From contig NMRA01000212.1 of the NCBI GenBank assembly GCA_002633005.1, forward strand, positions 609,312 through 673,311: a stretch of DNA of 64,000 nt, read 5' to 3'. Both the position numbers and the translations under genes were made by a program. This document shows, one piece after another, positions 1-55,500 of this stretch. The notes under the pieces were generated by a model. The model did no database searches. It saw only the letters and a list, made by a program, of their open reading frames with translations, and had not been told where the DNA came from. Origin of the DNA: Phoronis australis. Taxonomy: Eukaryota > Animalia > Phoronida. The stretch's first letter is position 1. Every line of letters begins with the position of its first letter.

Positions 1-627
1 GGCGAATATTGATGACTTGTGTTGGGATCACAAAAATACAAGGGATTTTGTTTTTGTAGCTCTGTTCTGAGCTAATAGCTTCAAAAAGTCTATCCCATCC
101 AAATATAATATCAAAAATACGTTTTCCGGCCATAAAAACAATAATGTTCCTTTAATATATGATTGCGGAGAAAGACATCAATCAGATCAAAATTTTGACA
201 CGATGAAGAAAAGGTTCAATGGATATTTCTTTTTTTCTCTCAGAAACGTACCAATTGTGAAACAGAAGGTGCACATCACAATATAGTGTCTGGTCGAAGA
301 CCCGTATACAAAGACGCCTATGATGAAGTATGTTTCACGTTATTAGTTCATCTAAGGGACATTCCAGTAAACCTCAAATGCATTTACATATATCAATGTC
401 GATTAGATCACCTAAATCTGTATTTCGCCTTGCGTAGCTTGTGGAAAACGAAAATCAAACGGTCTTTTACCAATCGGTCTCATAATATTCCAGACAGGGG
501 TCTATTTCCGTTATTAACAAGAACATCATAACCCTCAGCGACTCTAGAAAATGTTTTCAGTCAATTCGAAAATGGTGCATGTGTAAGTACGCATTGTCTG
601 TGTCTTGAGAAAGTAACATTATGAATT

Positions 628-1135
628 CTGATTTTATGAGAATAAAAGGCCCAATTCGATTTTTAGCAAGCTGAACAGGGCGAAATGTAATTTTAAACTT
701 TGAAACAAAAGGGTTTCTCAAGCTTCCGTAGCCGTAACAGGATTACAATTTTTTTGGAAATTCCTTAAAAGTACAGTACAGTTTGTTTAAAGGTACCGGC
801 ACGAAATCACGGCTGGTTTGGGCCTTGGGAACTTCAACCAACGCCTATCCAGCTGCTCTGCAACTTTCAAAATCATTGCAAGGATAAACCGAGAATTACA
901 CTTGAATAGACAATGAGTAAGTATATACCATTCAAAGTTCTTCGAATATTATGATTTATGAATCTGCCTAATTCGACTTTTTAGCCAGCTGAACAGGGAG
1001 AAAGGTAGTTTTAAACATTGAAACAAAAGGATTTCTGCAAGCTTCCTCAGCCGTCAAAGGCTGAGAAATTTTTAAAACTCCTTACATGTTTTGTTTAAAG
1101 GTACAGTAAATCCTGTTTTGGGATTTCAACCAACA
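628..1135. repeat. Diverged tandem duplication (~200-bp copies at ~628-845 and ~951-1135)
   Basis: Shared aattcga..tttttagc.agctgaacaggg.gaaa.gta.ttttaaac.ttgaaacaaaagg.tttct..gtttaaaggtac..ttcaaccaac. Confidence 0.8.
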
Positions 1136-2596
1136 CCAGATAAACTAGGCAATTTATCGTAATAGTCCAACATTCGACGAACAGACGGAACCGGGAGAGT
1201 TACAACCAAACACATTCCCTTGCAAATGCACCATTGACGTCCCATTTGAGTGATAGAAGCAGGATTCAAGTAAAAACACAAACTCACTGTGTCACTGACT
1301 GAATGGATATCATGGCTCTTGGTGGGTATTATCATTCCTTACACTTGTCGTGTAACTCGTCTAAAGCGTACCGGTATCTTGTCGCACTTGCCCGTTTAGC
1401 AGAATTTGTAAGAATTTGTAACTTTTGCTCCATTCCAAAACGTTTGACGAGGATTATATAGGGATATTTTTGTTTTAGGGAGTTGTATCGGAAATTCGTT
1501 GCTCATGTTTGCGTAAAGAGGCCAAAAGTGGGTTTGATATCCTTATAAGTCGGCAAACGTAGATATCAGTGGGTTTGTGACACCGTACATCTTGAGATGC
1601 AGTTGGGAATAATTCTAGCAGAGGAATGTTTTTATTTCTCAGAGGAGGTACAATAGCAGTGGCGGGGACAGGGGTGCGTTTCGTAGACCCGAAAATTTCG
1701 CACAAAAACGCAATATTACGCAAGATGTCGGCATGTCTTAAAAGTGAAACACTAGCCTCCTACGCGAGATTCTCCTGAGTGAAATCGCCAAGGTTTATTG
1801 TCTATTCACTGCTTCCACGAATTCGCCACTATGCTTGAAAACGAGTGTTGCGTCCAAACCACGCTTGTTCGATACAAGAGTCGTCATTTTCCGTACGAAG
1901 TTTTCTCACATGACCTGAAAAGTGTTACCGTTGTTTAATAAAACGTACGTAATTTTTTTATATTACATGGGCGAATCACAAAGTAATGCATAGTAGAAAT
2001 CCATACGCCATACATTTTATAGTCTGCAAAACACTAAATACCAACCAATGAGCTATATATAGGCCTACCTCATTGTTACCAACAACCAAACGCGCGCCAA
2101 CCACACAATGCCGGGAATCCGTGAAGGTGACAAGATTATGCTTAACAAATCGAGTATCCCAACTGCACGTACTCCCAGTCGGAAGCAGAGGACATGCAAA
2201 CAACTTCTTAAACGGATCCATCTTCGGCGGCGAATTCCATATGCACGTTCATTCATACGGAAACGAATCACAACTCAAGAAACGCGGTCAGACTGTCTAG
2301 CAGTGGTGTCTCAAGGTCATTCAAGGCTCACGCGCGGGGAAGCCATGGTAACTGTTATTTATAAACATTTGCTAAGTTTTAATATTGCAACTTCAAAGAC
2401 TATTTATTAGATTCGAACATTTGTTACGAAAGCTAAATGCTATTTACAATTCAAACGTTTAAAATAAAACTATTAACAAAAAGTAACTGAGTTGCGCAAG
2501 CGTGTTTTTATAAAAGATGCGTCATGTGGTTGAAAGTTTTAGACACGTCGAGTTTTTCGGCAAAAAAGATGGTTTTGCGGTTCATGTGAGAAAACA

Positions 2597-2736
2597 AATC
2601 CTGCACTCGTCTCAGGTTTACGACATGGGCATACCCTCTCGGAAATTTCGTCAAAATCCCTCGGTAAGTCTCGGGATTTTGATGAAATTCCCATGAGGTT
2701 TTGCCAATGTCATAAACCTGAGATTCGTTTAGGATT
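2597..2736. repeat. 140-bp imperfect palindrome (MITE-like)
   Basis: aatcct..tctcaggtttacgacat..aatttcgtcaaaatccc / gggattttgatgaaatt..atgtcataaacctgaga..aggatt. Confidence 0.85.
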
Positions 2737-4279
2737 CTCTATATAATGTACATATTAGATATTATATTTATATTTTATTTACATGATAACGTACTCACAC
2801 GGAAACAGAACAACTTCATAACGAATAGCCATGGCCCACGGAACACGAGAGCTTTCACGTTTGTGCTGTTAAAATTGATGTTAAAACGAGGCATTGTGAC
2901 CTAAACAACCGCGCACAACGATCATTTTTTGCAGCGCCACCAAGGTGTGCAAGTAAGCTTAGCTGTTAACAAAATGTACCGAAATTCCGCAATTTGAGTA
3001 ATGAATATTGATGAAGCCAATAACACGAACTACGTGATGAATCTTTTATTACGTTTTCACAAGAAGGCATTAAAAGTTATGATTTTTACGCTACACCGAA
3101 AATCGTTCTGTTTTTTTTTTCGTTAACGCTGATTCGTTTGTAGACACTATTATTGAGATACTTAATGATCATTTAATCCCCGAAGGTAATGCGATATTTT
3201 CTCGACCCACTTATCTCTGGATCAATACAATGTACAAGGACTACCAAATTTCCCTCCAGACAGTACACTGAAGACACTGAGATATTCCAGCCACGACACC
3301 AATATTCTCGCCAAGACAATTTATCACTCACACAAATTAAATTCAAGAAATATAGGCCTAGGCTAAGGCATGACGAAAGAATTTATCTAAAGTTGTACAT
3401 ATCATAAGAAACAAGTAGGCCTATCAATAATATCGATAATTTCGAATGCGGAGAATTAACTGGATATTTTTAATGGGCCAATTATCGGTGCGATTTTACC
3501 AGGGGGTACTCCCGTAGAGACTGTATACACCTAAACATGTCATGGACGTTTTTTACGACCAGATTGGCAAAGAAAGGGTGATTTTTCCGATTGATTTTTT
3601 TCGATTGAATTCCCATCGGAGGATGTGTCGTTTTCCCTGATTGAATTTCCTACGAAAAGGTGCCTTTTCAATTCAGTTCCCTACAAAAGGGTCCTGTTTA
3701 GAGTTGTAGACCAACCGCTGATGTCAACGAAAGAAACGAACCGATGTTCTCATGGAAGCTTCATACATTGGGTCGCTTTTATTCTGTGTCCATTGTCTAA
3801 AAGGAGGAGGGGCATTCTAATTTCCAGCTGCACACATCCGTGTCAGAAATTGTCTGATGTCTCCGAGGGTTTCTCTAAATGTGTACTGGGTATCTCTTTA
3901 TACATTAGTGACGTGAACGTGTGAGGTTGCACTGTTCGATTAACTAAAATACTACATGCATGGCATAACAAATGTTGTGAGCGGGAACACTGGGGAATTA
4001 CGTCGTTTGTTGAACTATCCGATAAACATATCTGCTTAGAGTTTATGATTGATATTATGTTCACCAGTACTCAATCATATGAAGCCCGGCCAAGTATGCT
4101 AAGCTATCTCTTTGATGCATCTTCTACATTCAGATATAGACCTACATTTATTTATAAAAATAGACCAACAACGTTGTGTCTTTGGCCAGATCGTCCGCTT
4201 GCATGTAGTCTACTTCATCATAGGCGCCTTTATCAATAATGCAACACAACATTCGCAAGTTACAAACAGAAGACAAACG

Positions 4280-46255
<41,976 letters not shown>

Positions 46256-47562
46256 ACGCGCAGGCAATAAATGAGCAAACAAAACAAAAGTGAAACATGT
46301 TGTATGAAAGAACATGATGGTCACAGTGTCAGAGTGTATAGTCCTAAGGTTATACGATCAAAAATATATTTCCAAATAGGTATACCAGAAAGACGAACAC
46401 CTTGTGACCAATGCTGACTAGAAACGCGTTCTACAAAAAGGCACTCTCCACTCCTTAATGCTCTGTGACATTGCTCCTGGACAACCAACTCAAAAAGAGG
46501 CTTTGCAGCTCATTGCCTGACAGACGCATGACTTTCTTGAAATTGCTAATCGTTTGGGTTGAACAGCCATTCCAACTTCCAGAGAAACAGATTGGAAGAC
46601 TTTATCCATGATGAATCGCCATCGACTAATTAATGCTATAGCTCTGGTGGCCTTGAGTCTTAAACATGCCCAGTGCAATGAAAAAGGCACCAAGGCGCCT
46701 GCCTACTATTTTATCTCAAAACAGTCAGTGTTAGGCAATGTATGATTGGCAGCCTCTGTAATGGACTATGGGAAAATAGTGTACATATCAACAGTTGTGC
46801 TTGTCGGTCATATTTTTTTATTCAATATGATAGGGTACAGATCACACAATTACAGGATGCAATAACTTTTCTGCTTTTGTCAAGGAACAGTTAACTTACA
46901 GTGTTGATATGTACCAAGGTAATTTGCCATTGGAGAAGAAACAAGTAGAGGCCATGATTCATTCAGAATAAGCAAACAAGGATAAGACCGCTCATTGGTC
47001 ATATTTGTTCAGTGTAGCAAATTCCTGATATTGACTTAATCCTCAGTGGTAAGTTAGGAGATTATCATCATAACAGTGAGAGAGTGGAATGCAATTCTGA
47101 TTCTCTTACAAGAGTTGCGAATGAGAAGAATGGTGATATAGCAAAAAAATTCAGAGTATACCATTAGTATTTATCATGAAGAACAGTATGTAACCTGGAC
47201 TACTCTGGTATCAGGCAGAGTTTAATATGTAACATACTCATCATTAGATAAGTGATATTTATTAGTAGAGTGCATATATGAACATGTATATACATTTTTA
47301 CACATGAATTTAGATGAGTCATCACTATAAATACAGGCCACAGATGTACTCACAGTACAGCACAGTGAACCCATGATGATACTATTATTATACTGCCACA
47401 TTGCCTGTTGTACACAAGTGTTAGCACTGGAGTGCTAGGAAAAATTACTTAGGTTTTGGCTGACAAGTCAGAACTACAGCACCATTTGAACTGATATTTG
47501 GAATACTTATGAAAGCTTGAGGAAGCAATGTGAGCCATTGGCATCGGATATCCACAACCATT

Positions 47563-47829
47563 AAGTTCCATTTCATGAAAAATGACTCAAGACGACAGAA
47601 ATTTGGTCTTGCGCTCCACACAACTATTTCTGAAAAACATTTAAGCAAAAATGTAAAGTCTGAGAATATGCACACAACTGCTAAATATTAGATAATTTTT
47701 GATAAATTATTCCGAGACTGGGAAATCCTCATAATTACTTTATTAAATGTTTATTCAGCAATTGTGAAGTGGGAGAGTAGGACTGAATTTCTGTCTTAAG
47801 TCTAAAGTGGTTTGTCATGAAACAGACCC
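47563..47829. mobile_element. ~270-bp palindromic MITE, copy 1
   Basis: tttcatgaaa..gacagaaatttggtctt / gactgaatttctgtc..tcatgaaacagaccc. Confidence 0.75.
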
Positions 47830-48488
47830 AGCATTCAATTGATTGGGGTTGCGGATCTGGTCTTCATGTCTGAAGGTAACTGACTCCTACCCAAGGTCAA
47901 AACTTGCTTTTTGAGACAGCACTTCATAACTGAAGTTGACTGATTCGTATTTAAGATTAGTTGTTGGCATTTCTTTCTCAACCCTGTTATGTAATTCACG
48001 AAATTCATACAACAGGGAAGATTTAACATATCATAATGGCTGGTGATATTACACGTGAACATTTAACCTGGAATTGTGCACTGATTATTGTTTTTGATGT
48101 TTTGTTGGTGTTTGTGAACACTGGTGTTGCACTGAGCAAACACATTCTAAAGATATTCTTACTGCCATGTTAGCAACATAATACATACACTGGGGTGTCA
48201 GCACTTTAAAACAGACTGTGTTATATTTACAGCATCTCAAGAACCTCCCAGTGGCAGAGTAGAACGTTCATGTTATCATGCTGTTCAAAATAAAACCTAT
48301 ATTGTAATAAATAGAAAATGTGTTCAAGAAAAACAACTGAACTTGTATTGCGAAGCATGGTCCTTGTCAAACTTCCGTGAGAAATTGGGCAAAATTTCCT
48401 GAGATTATTTCATGGAAGACAAGCAAGCACCAGGTGTCACTTTACACTTTACGTTCTTGAAGTTGAAAATGACATTGCACCGAGACGA

Positions 48489-48778
48489 GGGGTCTGTTTC
48501 ATGAAAATTGATTTAAGACTTAAGACAGAAATTTGGTCTTCCACTCTACATAACTATTTCTGAAAAATAGTTAAAATTCACTTTATAACAACTAAATAAA
48601 GGATCTCAGACCATAATCACAATTGTTACTTATTGAGAAGAAAATTTGTACAAATTATTTCCAGGCAATTATGTGCTAATAACTACATGGCTAAACCTTT
48701 ATTTGGTAATTGTGAAGAGAGAGTGTAACACTGAATTTCTTTCTTTGATCTTAAGTCACTTTTCATGAAACAAACGCC
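48489..48778. mobile_element. 290-bp palindromic MITE, copy 2
   Basis: ggggtctgtttcatgaaaa / ttttcatgaaacaaacgcc; interior shared with 47563-47829. Confidence 0.8.
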
Positions 48779-49395
48779 TGACAAAATGAGACAATGCAGG
48801 AGCTGGTAAAACACTTTAAATGCAGTAAAATCATTAAAAATTCTTTATTAAAGACACTAGCTTTTGAGCCTGATAGGAGCGGCCCTTCACCACAAAAGAA
48901 AACAAATGGCTCGAAACGCTTTCTTATACTAATTTTAAATCCCCATTCTAGTACATCTAAAGAAATCTCTATGATTTGGCTTTTCAACACCCACGGGAAT
49001 GGCAGTCTTAATAAAGAAATTGGCCACGTGAGTCACTACCTCTAACTATTCCCATTTCCTTTCCCTATTTTTCATCTTCTCTGTTTCAACGTCCCTCCCC
49101 TTTGTTGTGTTGAACAGGTTAGTACAAGACCATGTGCACCATCTGCCTTCATACGTGGAGAAGAGTTGCTCCTATTAGGCTCAAAAGCTAGTATATTTAA
49201 CAAAATATTTTCAATAATATTTCCAGATATTAAAATGTTTTACAATCCTCTGCATTTCCTGAAGTTGTTTACCGTGAAAACTCAACTTGGTTACGAAGAT
49301 CGATACAGTTTCAAGTCTTTGCCATAATCCCGTCTACACTTTAATATTAAATGTTAGCACATAACCTGCCACTTGACGGTGAGATCTTTCAACAT

Positions 49396-49551
49396 CTAAT
49401 GCTGTACAAGTGGTGGTATGTTCACCATCCAATACTGATGTAACCTGTTGATCCACTTCTCCCACCAAGACTCACACTGGTCTTCGGACATCCAATGGAT
49501 GTCTGCCTGCTGTCCATCTTCATAAGCGACAACGACCAGACCACTGTTTAC
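49396..49551 (-). CDS. MGME1: MGME1 last exon
   Basis: VNSGLVVVAYEDG..WWEKWINRLHQY..*. Confidence 0.92.
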   Translation of the reverse strand, partial: VNSGLVVVAYEDGQQADIHWMSEDQCESWWEKWINRLHQYWMVNIPPLVQH

Positions 49552-52500
49552 CTGTGGGTACACTTCGGATGAAATGACCATATCAAGGCAGCTCACTTGG
49601 AGAAACACTGTGTGCACAATTGAAAATCACAGCACCATTCAGTATGCGAATTATGAATGAAGAAATTCACTCAACAAATAGCGTGTATTACCACACTTAT
49701 GAAATGGACGATGAAAATGTTAACTAATAGGGAGTTCTCGCTAACATTTATAAGTTTGGTCTGTACGCCACCTGTTGGCCACATCACGTGATCTAACGAT
49801 GCAGCCAACAGGTGGCGTGTGGACCAGACTTATAAATCTTTGAGATCTATACTTCCACAAAGGTTCAAGATTTACACATTCATATAGGGAGTTGTAACAA
49901 AATAACATGCACAGGGTGTGTTTGCATAAAAACAACATTCATATAAATAACAAGCACGGAGTTTTGAGTAAAATTTTATCTACACGTGGAAGTATGTGTA
50001 GGCAAGGATTCCCTCTTTTGTTGCAAATTATGTCATTTAAAAGGTGACTTAATAATGGAATCAATTTACAGTACAACCACCAGAGGGCCTTAATTCCACT
50101 TGGAGGTGCAGCATCACAGGGAATTGACTGAAATATTGTTATAAGCCTCTCCCTTCTAAATCAAAACACCAAAATTTCATGAAAATTATTCCGACAGTTT
50201 AACAAATAAAGAGGGAAGCATAAAAAGCCAATAGGTGGCATAGCGATATACGAATTTTCCAGAAGATGGCATGTGCTGTCCTCTCTGATAGAAACATTTC
50301 ATTTTTACAGGGTATAGTAGATGGGAAAGCAGAAGGAGCAGCACTGTCTAGAGATAGAACCAAAAGTGCAAAATTTCACAAAAATACACCAAAGAAATTG
50401 ATAGATACTGATAATGATGAAAATAAAATAATAATGCCTTTATGGGGGACAGCAGTAATGCTCTTCTTGGTAGAAACATGTCTGCCAAATTTCTCAACAA
50501 GCATTTTCAAGAAGTTTCATGGAAACGGTGACAGCAACCTCCAAACACTGGAGATACTCTAGCAGCTGGGAAATTTTCGCTTATGTAACCCAAACCACAT
50601 ATTTTCTACCACAATTCAACATTCCAAACTCGAAGACCAATCATGTTTGTGGTGACCATTTTGGTAAAGTACACAAGTAAGGTCAACAGCTTACTGCTTT
50701 TTACTAGCATGACTTAGTGTGGCCGTCTGACATGATCACTATGCAAACAAAATGTATTTAAAACAGGTGAGTGCTCAGTAAGGCTATTATCTTGCCAGCT
50801 TAGCCAGATAATCCGGCTGAATTGTGGAAGAAAGTGGTACGTAAACACAACACTTGCCATTTCAGCTGTTGTTAAGTCACGATTTCTCCCTACAAGTGTC
50901 TCACGAGTAATGTTATCGAATGCCTTCCCCTGATGAAACCCATTTCCAACTCACCTGAAAGTCTAAATCGGGAAGACTGTTCAATGCACCCATGTATGCA
51001 GCCACTTGCAGTGGGTAGTCATATAAGTCCTGCAGGGTGCGCTTACGTTTCTTAGAAGTTTTCCATTCTATGACACACAACTGGTCCCTGTAAATAATTT
51101 TTTCTGCGGTTAGAAGAATTTTACTTAAAGGCAAAATAAAGTCACTTTCCATCAAATACTAAATCTGGATTTGGACCGTCTCCTATTATAACCGACTTGA
51201 TTTTCAAAAAACATCAGAGACCAGAACCTACTGGTTTAACCACCGAACTTCATTTCAATGAGTGTAAGGTAGAAAAGGACAGAAATGAGTGATTTGCAAT
51301 AAAATTTTAAATTAAAATGCAACGCATTTGTTGTTTTATAGCTCTAAGCTAATGACTTCAAGAAGTTTATTCCATCTAACAAAAATCTTATCAATGTCTT
51401 TTTGTGCCATGAAAGTAACAATAATAATCCTTTAACTTCAGACAAAGTTCTGCAGAAGAGCTATAATTCTATATTCATACACTTTGCCCTTCAGATAAGT
51501 CAAAGTTTGCCTTAATTGGATAAAATCTCTCCATCCAGTTAGATCTCATTTCAGTTAGCTTTAATGTGTGTACTTTAGAGCACTTACGATTATGAAATTG
51601 GTCTCAAGTAGTTCCTTCATTAAAATAGGTGCGATTTTCAAGCTTGGAAAGAACTGATGGTTCGTTATTGCTACTCTACAATAGGTACGTGTCCTGGTGT
51701 CTTCTACAGTACATCAGACGTACTTAAGCCACAGAGTTGAGACCATTGCACTTATCACACGACTAGGACTCAAAAGGATCCCTCGGCATGGGGATCCTCA
51801 TGAGTAAAGTCTTCTAATCTTCCCATTTTTTCTCAGGAAATGAAGTCTATTGAACCTGCATGATCTGGTGATTTCTATCAAGTAAGTCACATGTCCATCT
51901 AGCAGAAGACTGCCAAGACCCTGATAAGCAGGGCAAATTTCCAATAAATGTTGGGTGTCTCACTTTCCGAGCTACACTTAGGTGCTAAGCTAGGTTGCCG
52001 TGCCCAGTAACTGCAACGGCTCTACGGCATGTCATTTATTCACCGAGCATGGTCTCAGAGAATAATGAAATGTAAGCTCCTTGCAAAGCTAAAAACATTT
52101 CTCATCAGAATAAGACACAAGTATACGATTAAAAGTCTATCAAAAGCTAGTTTCTGGGACAGGACATGGTCTTGTAGTCACTTCAATAAAATGTTCAGGT
52201 ACTCCTTAATTCTACGAAAGAATATATACAAGTACATAGATCTCTACCTGAAAACAGCAACACAGTCAACAATTCCACCATATTTGAGGTAAGGATGTCT
52301 GGTAGGAGTTTCCAAAAGCTGAACGCCGGAGATGTTGCCAAACACATGCTCAATGCTTTGCCAGTGACCTCTGACCTCAGGTTCAACAGATGGGACTAGA
52401 TCTTCCAGCTCAATTGACCCAGACAGCAAATTCTGAATATGTTCATGAAGTAAACGTCCTTTTAGAAATGTTTCTGAAAAATAATAAAATATATAAAAAT

Positions 52501-55500
52501 GTAGCTATATGCATTTTAAGATGCACAGATGATGAAAATGTATGAGGCTGAAACAGCCATGATTTCGTTTTAAGAGGCTATAAAGTTGTGTTCCATACAA
52601 GTAATGTACTGTAGACCACTAACTAAACAGTAAATGGATGTCAGCTTGTTCATTACTCAGGGATCTTATGAATAAGACTTAGTGATTTCAGGGATCTTAT
52701 GAATAAGACTTAGTGATTTCAGGGATCTTATGAATAAGACTTAGTGATTTCAGGGATCTTATGAATAAGACTTAGTGATTTCAGGGATCTTATGAATAAG
52801 ACTTAGTGATTTCAGGGTTTGCAGGGAACTGACAGATCATTAATTCTAGAGAACATGTTCAACACATTAAATGAGATGCCCGGATAGCACAGACAGGTCT
52901 CAAGCAATAAAAAATAGTCAGTTCTTTCGAGGTACTAAAATCACCTCACATTTGACTACGGAGCGATTTGAAACCATACAACTTCATCAGTGAGTGGTCT
53001 TGGAAATCGACATTTGTTTTTTGATGGAGGGTGGGTAGTACTTTAAGAAATCAATCGCAATGTTGTGTGATAAAAAATTTAGGTAATAAGTTCAAAATGT
53101 CATTTTTCAGCAATAACACCAAATTGTGTCCCTTTACTGACAGCTATGGCAAAGAAATTTGCAAATAGCCAAATGAACAGATTGTTATATTCCAACAGTC
53201 AATACAACGCCAAACAATATAAAGAAAGTGAAGAATGCAACAGTGCCGTATTGTTATACTGTACTCTTTCAGGTTTAAAACGCCCAAATTCAACTCAACA
53301 CCCTCCCTAGAATTTCCACCATTTCCACTCAGCAGGCCCAAAAACCCCTACAATGATTAAAAAATTCCACTCAAGTTCAACTGAATCACTTTCAACTCAC
53401 AGTGAAAAACCTTGAATTCGTGGCCAGTGGAAGGGGGTTTTCCCCTCACCCGAAAAAATACCTGGGGTAGAAGGCATGGGCACCTTTCCCCTCAGGTGAG
53501 CGAGGGTCCTCAACAGCCATGTTATTTTGAATGCAGCACAATACCCACACAACCAACTTTTGTGTTTCTCAATTTAACTGCCTTGGGTATTATCAGTCAT
53601 GAATTTGGTACATATGGGCAGTGCAGCACTGAAAAAAGTTGGGATCTATAGCCCCCCCAGCCACCTATGGTGCACGCCCATGTTTCTAGTTTGCATACAT
53701 AACACAAACCCTGTTGGTGTTTGTTGAAGCCTTCTTCTCCTAACTGAGCAATCATCATCTTCTTCCATCTTTCCAAGATAGCAACAGATTCAGGTGGTTT
53801 AGTCTGTTCAAGTATCTTGGAAACACTGGGATACCTATAGCTACTATTGGTGAAATACTTGTCAAAATCACAGACATGTGGCCAGGCTCTCTCCACCTCT
53901 GCTTTGTTAGGCAAAACTAATGGAAACTCTAGCAGGGGAGATAAATCAACATAGAGGGGTTTGTCACCATTAACAGAATTGTCCACATCCACCGTTGTAT
54001 CTTGTAAGTCTTCATCGGTTATCCTATAGTGGTTCACTGTATTCTTACTTTGCTTATCCCTGTTCACAGTCTTACTCACGGACCTACCAGTTTTTAAATC
54101 AAAAGCAAAATCAGAGGCTGTAAAACTGTCTGTACTTTTATCTTCCTCCGAGTCATGATACTCAGCAGGCAAGTGTTCTTCTGTATTTGATTTGTCATCA
54201 AAAATATTACTCATAGAAGATGGCATTTCACAACTCCAGAAAATCTCAGACTTGTGACTAATATTTAATCTATCACTGTTTTCAATCCCATTAAACGTCT
54301 TTTCCTTTTTCTTTGCCTTCTTCGTCTTTGCATCTTTCTTCTTTTTTGTCTTTAACACAGGTCCATAAAGATGTTTGTTTTCAGAATGCCATTTTACCAT
54401 TTGACGAGCAAGAGATCCCTTTTTGGAACTGTAAGACAGAATCTGAGCACAGATGACTGGGGTAGTCTTCAGCAAGTGCACCCTGTAAAATATAAACTTC
54501 AATGTCATATGGGTTATACTGTGGCTGTACATGAAAAGCATACCACTTTTGATATGAATACGTTTTCTATCGATACACTTGCTATCTTTATCAGCAGCAT
54601 CAAAACAAAACTGTCACTAGGTAGTGCCACAGTAGTCTGTCGTCATTGTCAATTGCCTTATTCACACTAGAAACAGTGCCAATTTTCACAATCATCCTTA
54701 GAATGGTTTAGTTGATAGGGGGGTAGACACCAAAAACAGACCCGAAAACAACAAAAATGGCCACTAAGTGGTGCAAAATACATTGAATCTATCCAAAAAC
54801 GGGAGGACAGCATCATCTCACCAATAGATGCCTATATTCCAAATTTTATGAAAATCCGTCAACGGGACGTTTGAAGAAGGCAGAGGTAAACGTAAAAAAC
54901 TAAAATTCCCACTAGGGGGCACACCGGTTGTCGGATTCGTCTGAACGTTCACTCATGCCATCCCATTCTTCAAAGGAACACATGTTCACAATTTCATGAA
55001 CATAAAGGGTTTTGCTGATAGAGCAGCAGGCGACAGATGGACGGAATGACGGCATCATGCGTCCATATGTGGGCGCATAAAAACTGGCCAGTTACCGATT
55101 TGGGCAATTGAACAAAGAACTGATTCAAGAAAAAGTTTGTTTACGGGAGTATTTGTGCAGAGTGTGTAGGAATTAGACATCCCCGCCTCCTCAGGTGTAC
55201 CCCTCGTCTCTGGCCTCTCTATGCGCAAAAAGTACTCATAACGTGACATGTTTTAAATTAATCAGTGTGAGGCATAATTCGTGGAAAAATGTATGAATCT
55301 CCTATAGGACACGGGTGGTGCACCATGGGACTATGGCTGCGCCGCCCACGTAGGACCTTCCCCGTCTTTACCGGGGCCAGCTTAGAGACGGTGGTCTAGC
55401 TGAGAGATAGTGCACATGTAAATGACTGAGTGAGAACTGTAATGTAAAATGCAGACGGCGCATTCTTTGGCTTATTCTGTCTTATTTATTCATGCCTTGG

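Noticed and set aside
3500-3700. Loosely periodic AAAAGGGT-type repeats (also ~8455-8640 and ~12635-12780)
   Set aside because: Looks like a common degenerate interspersed repeat; boundaries and family cannot be defined by eye.
52657-52817. CRISPR-like 31-bp palindromic repeats
   Set aside because: Units are directly adjacent with no spacers, in a eukaryotic intron, with no cas genes.
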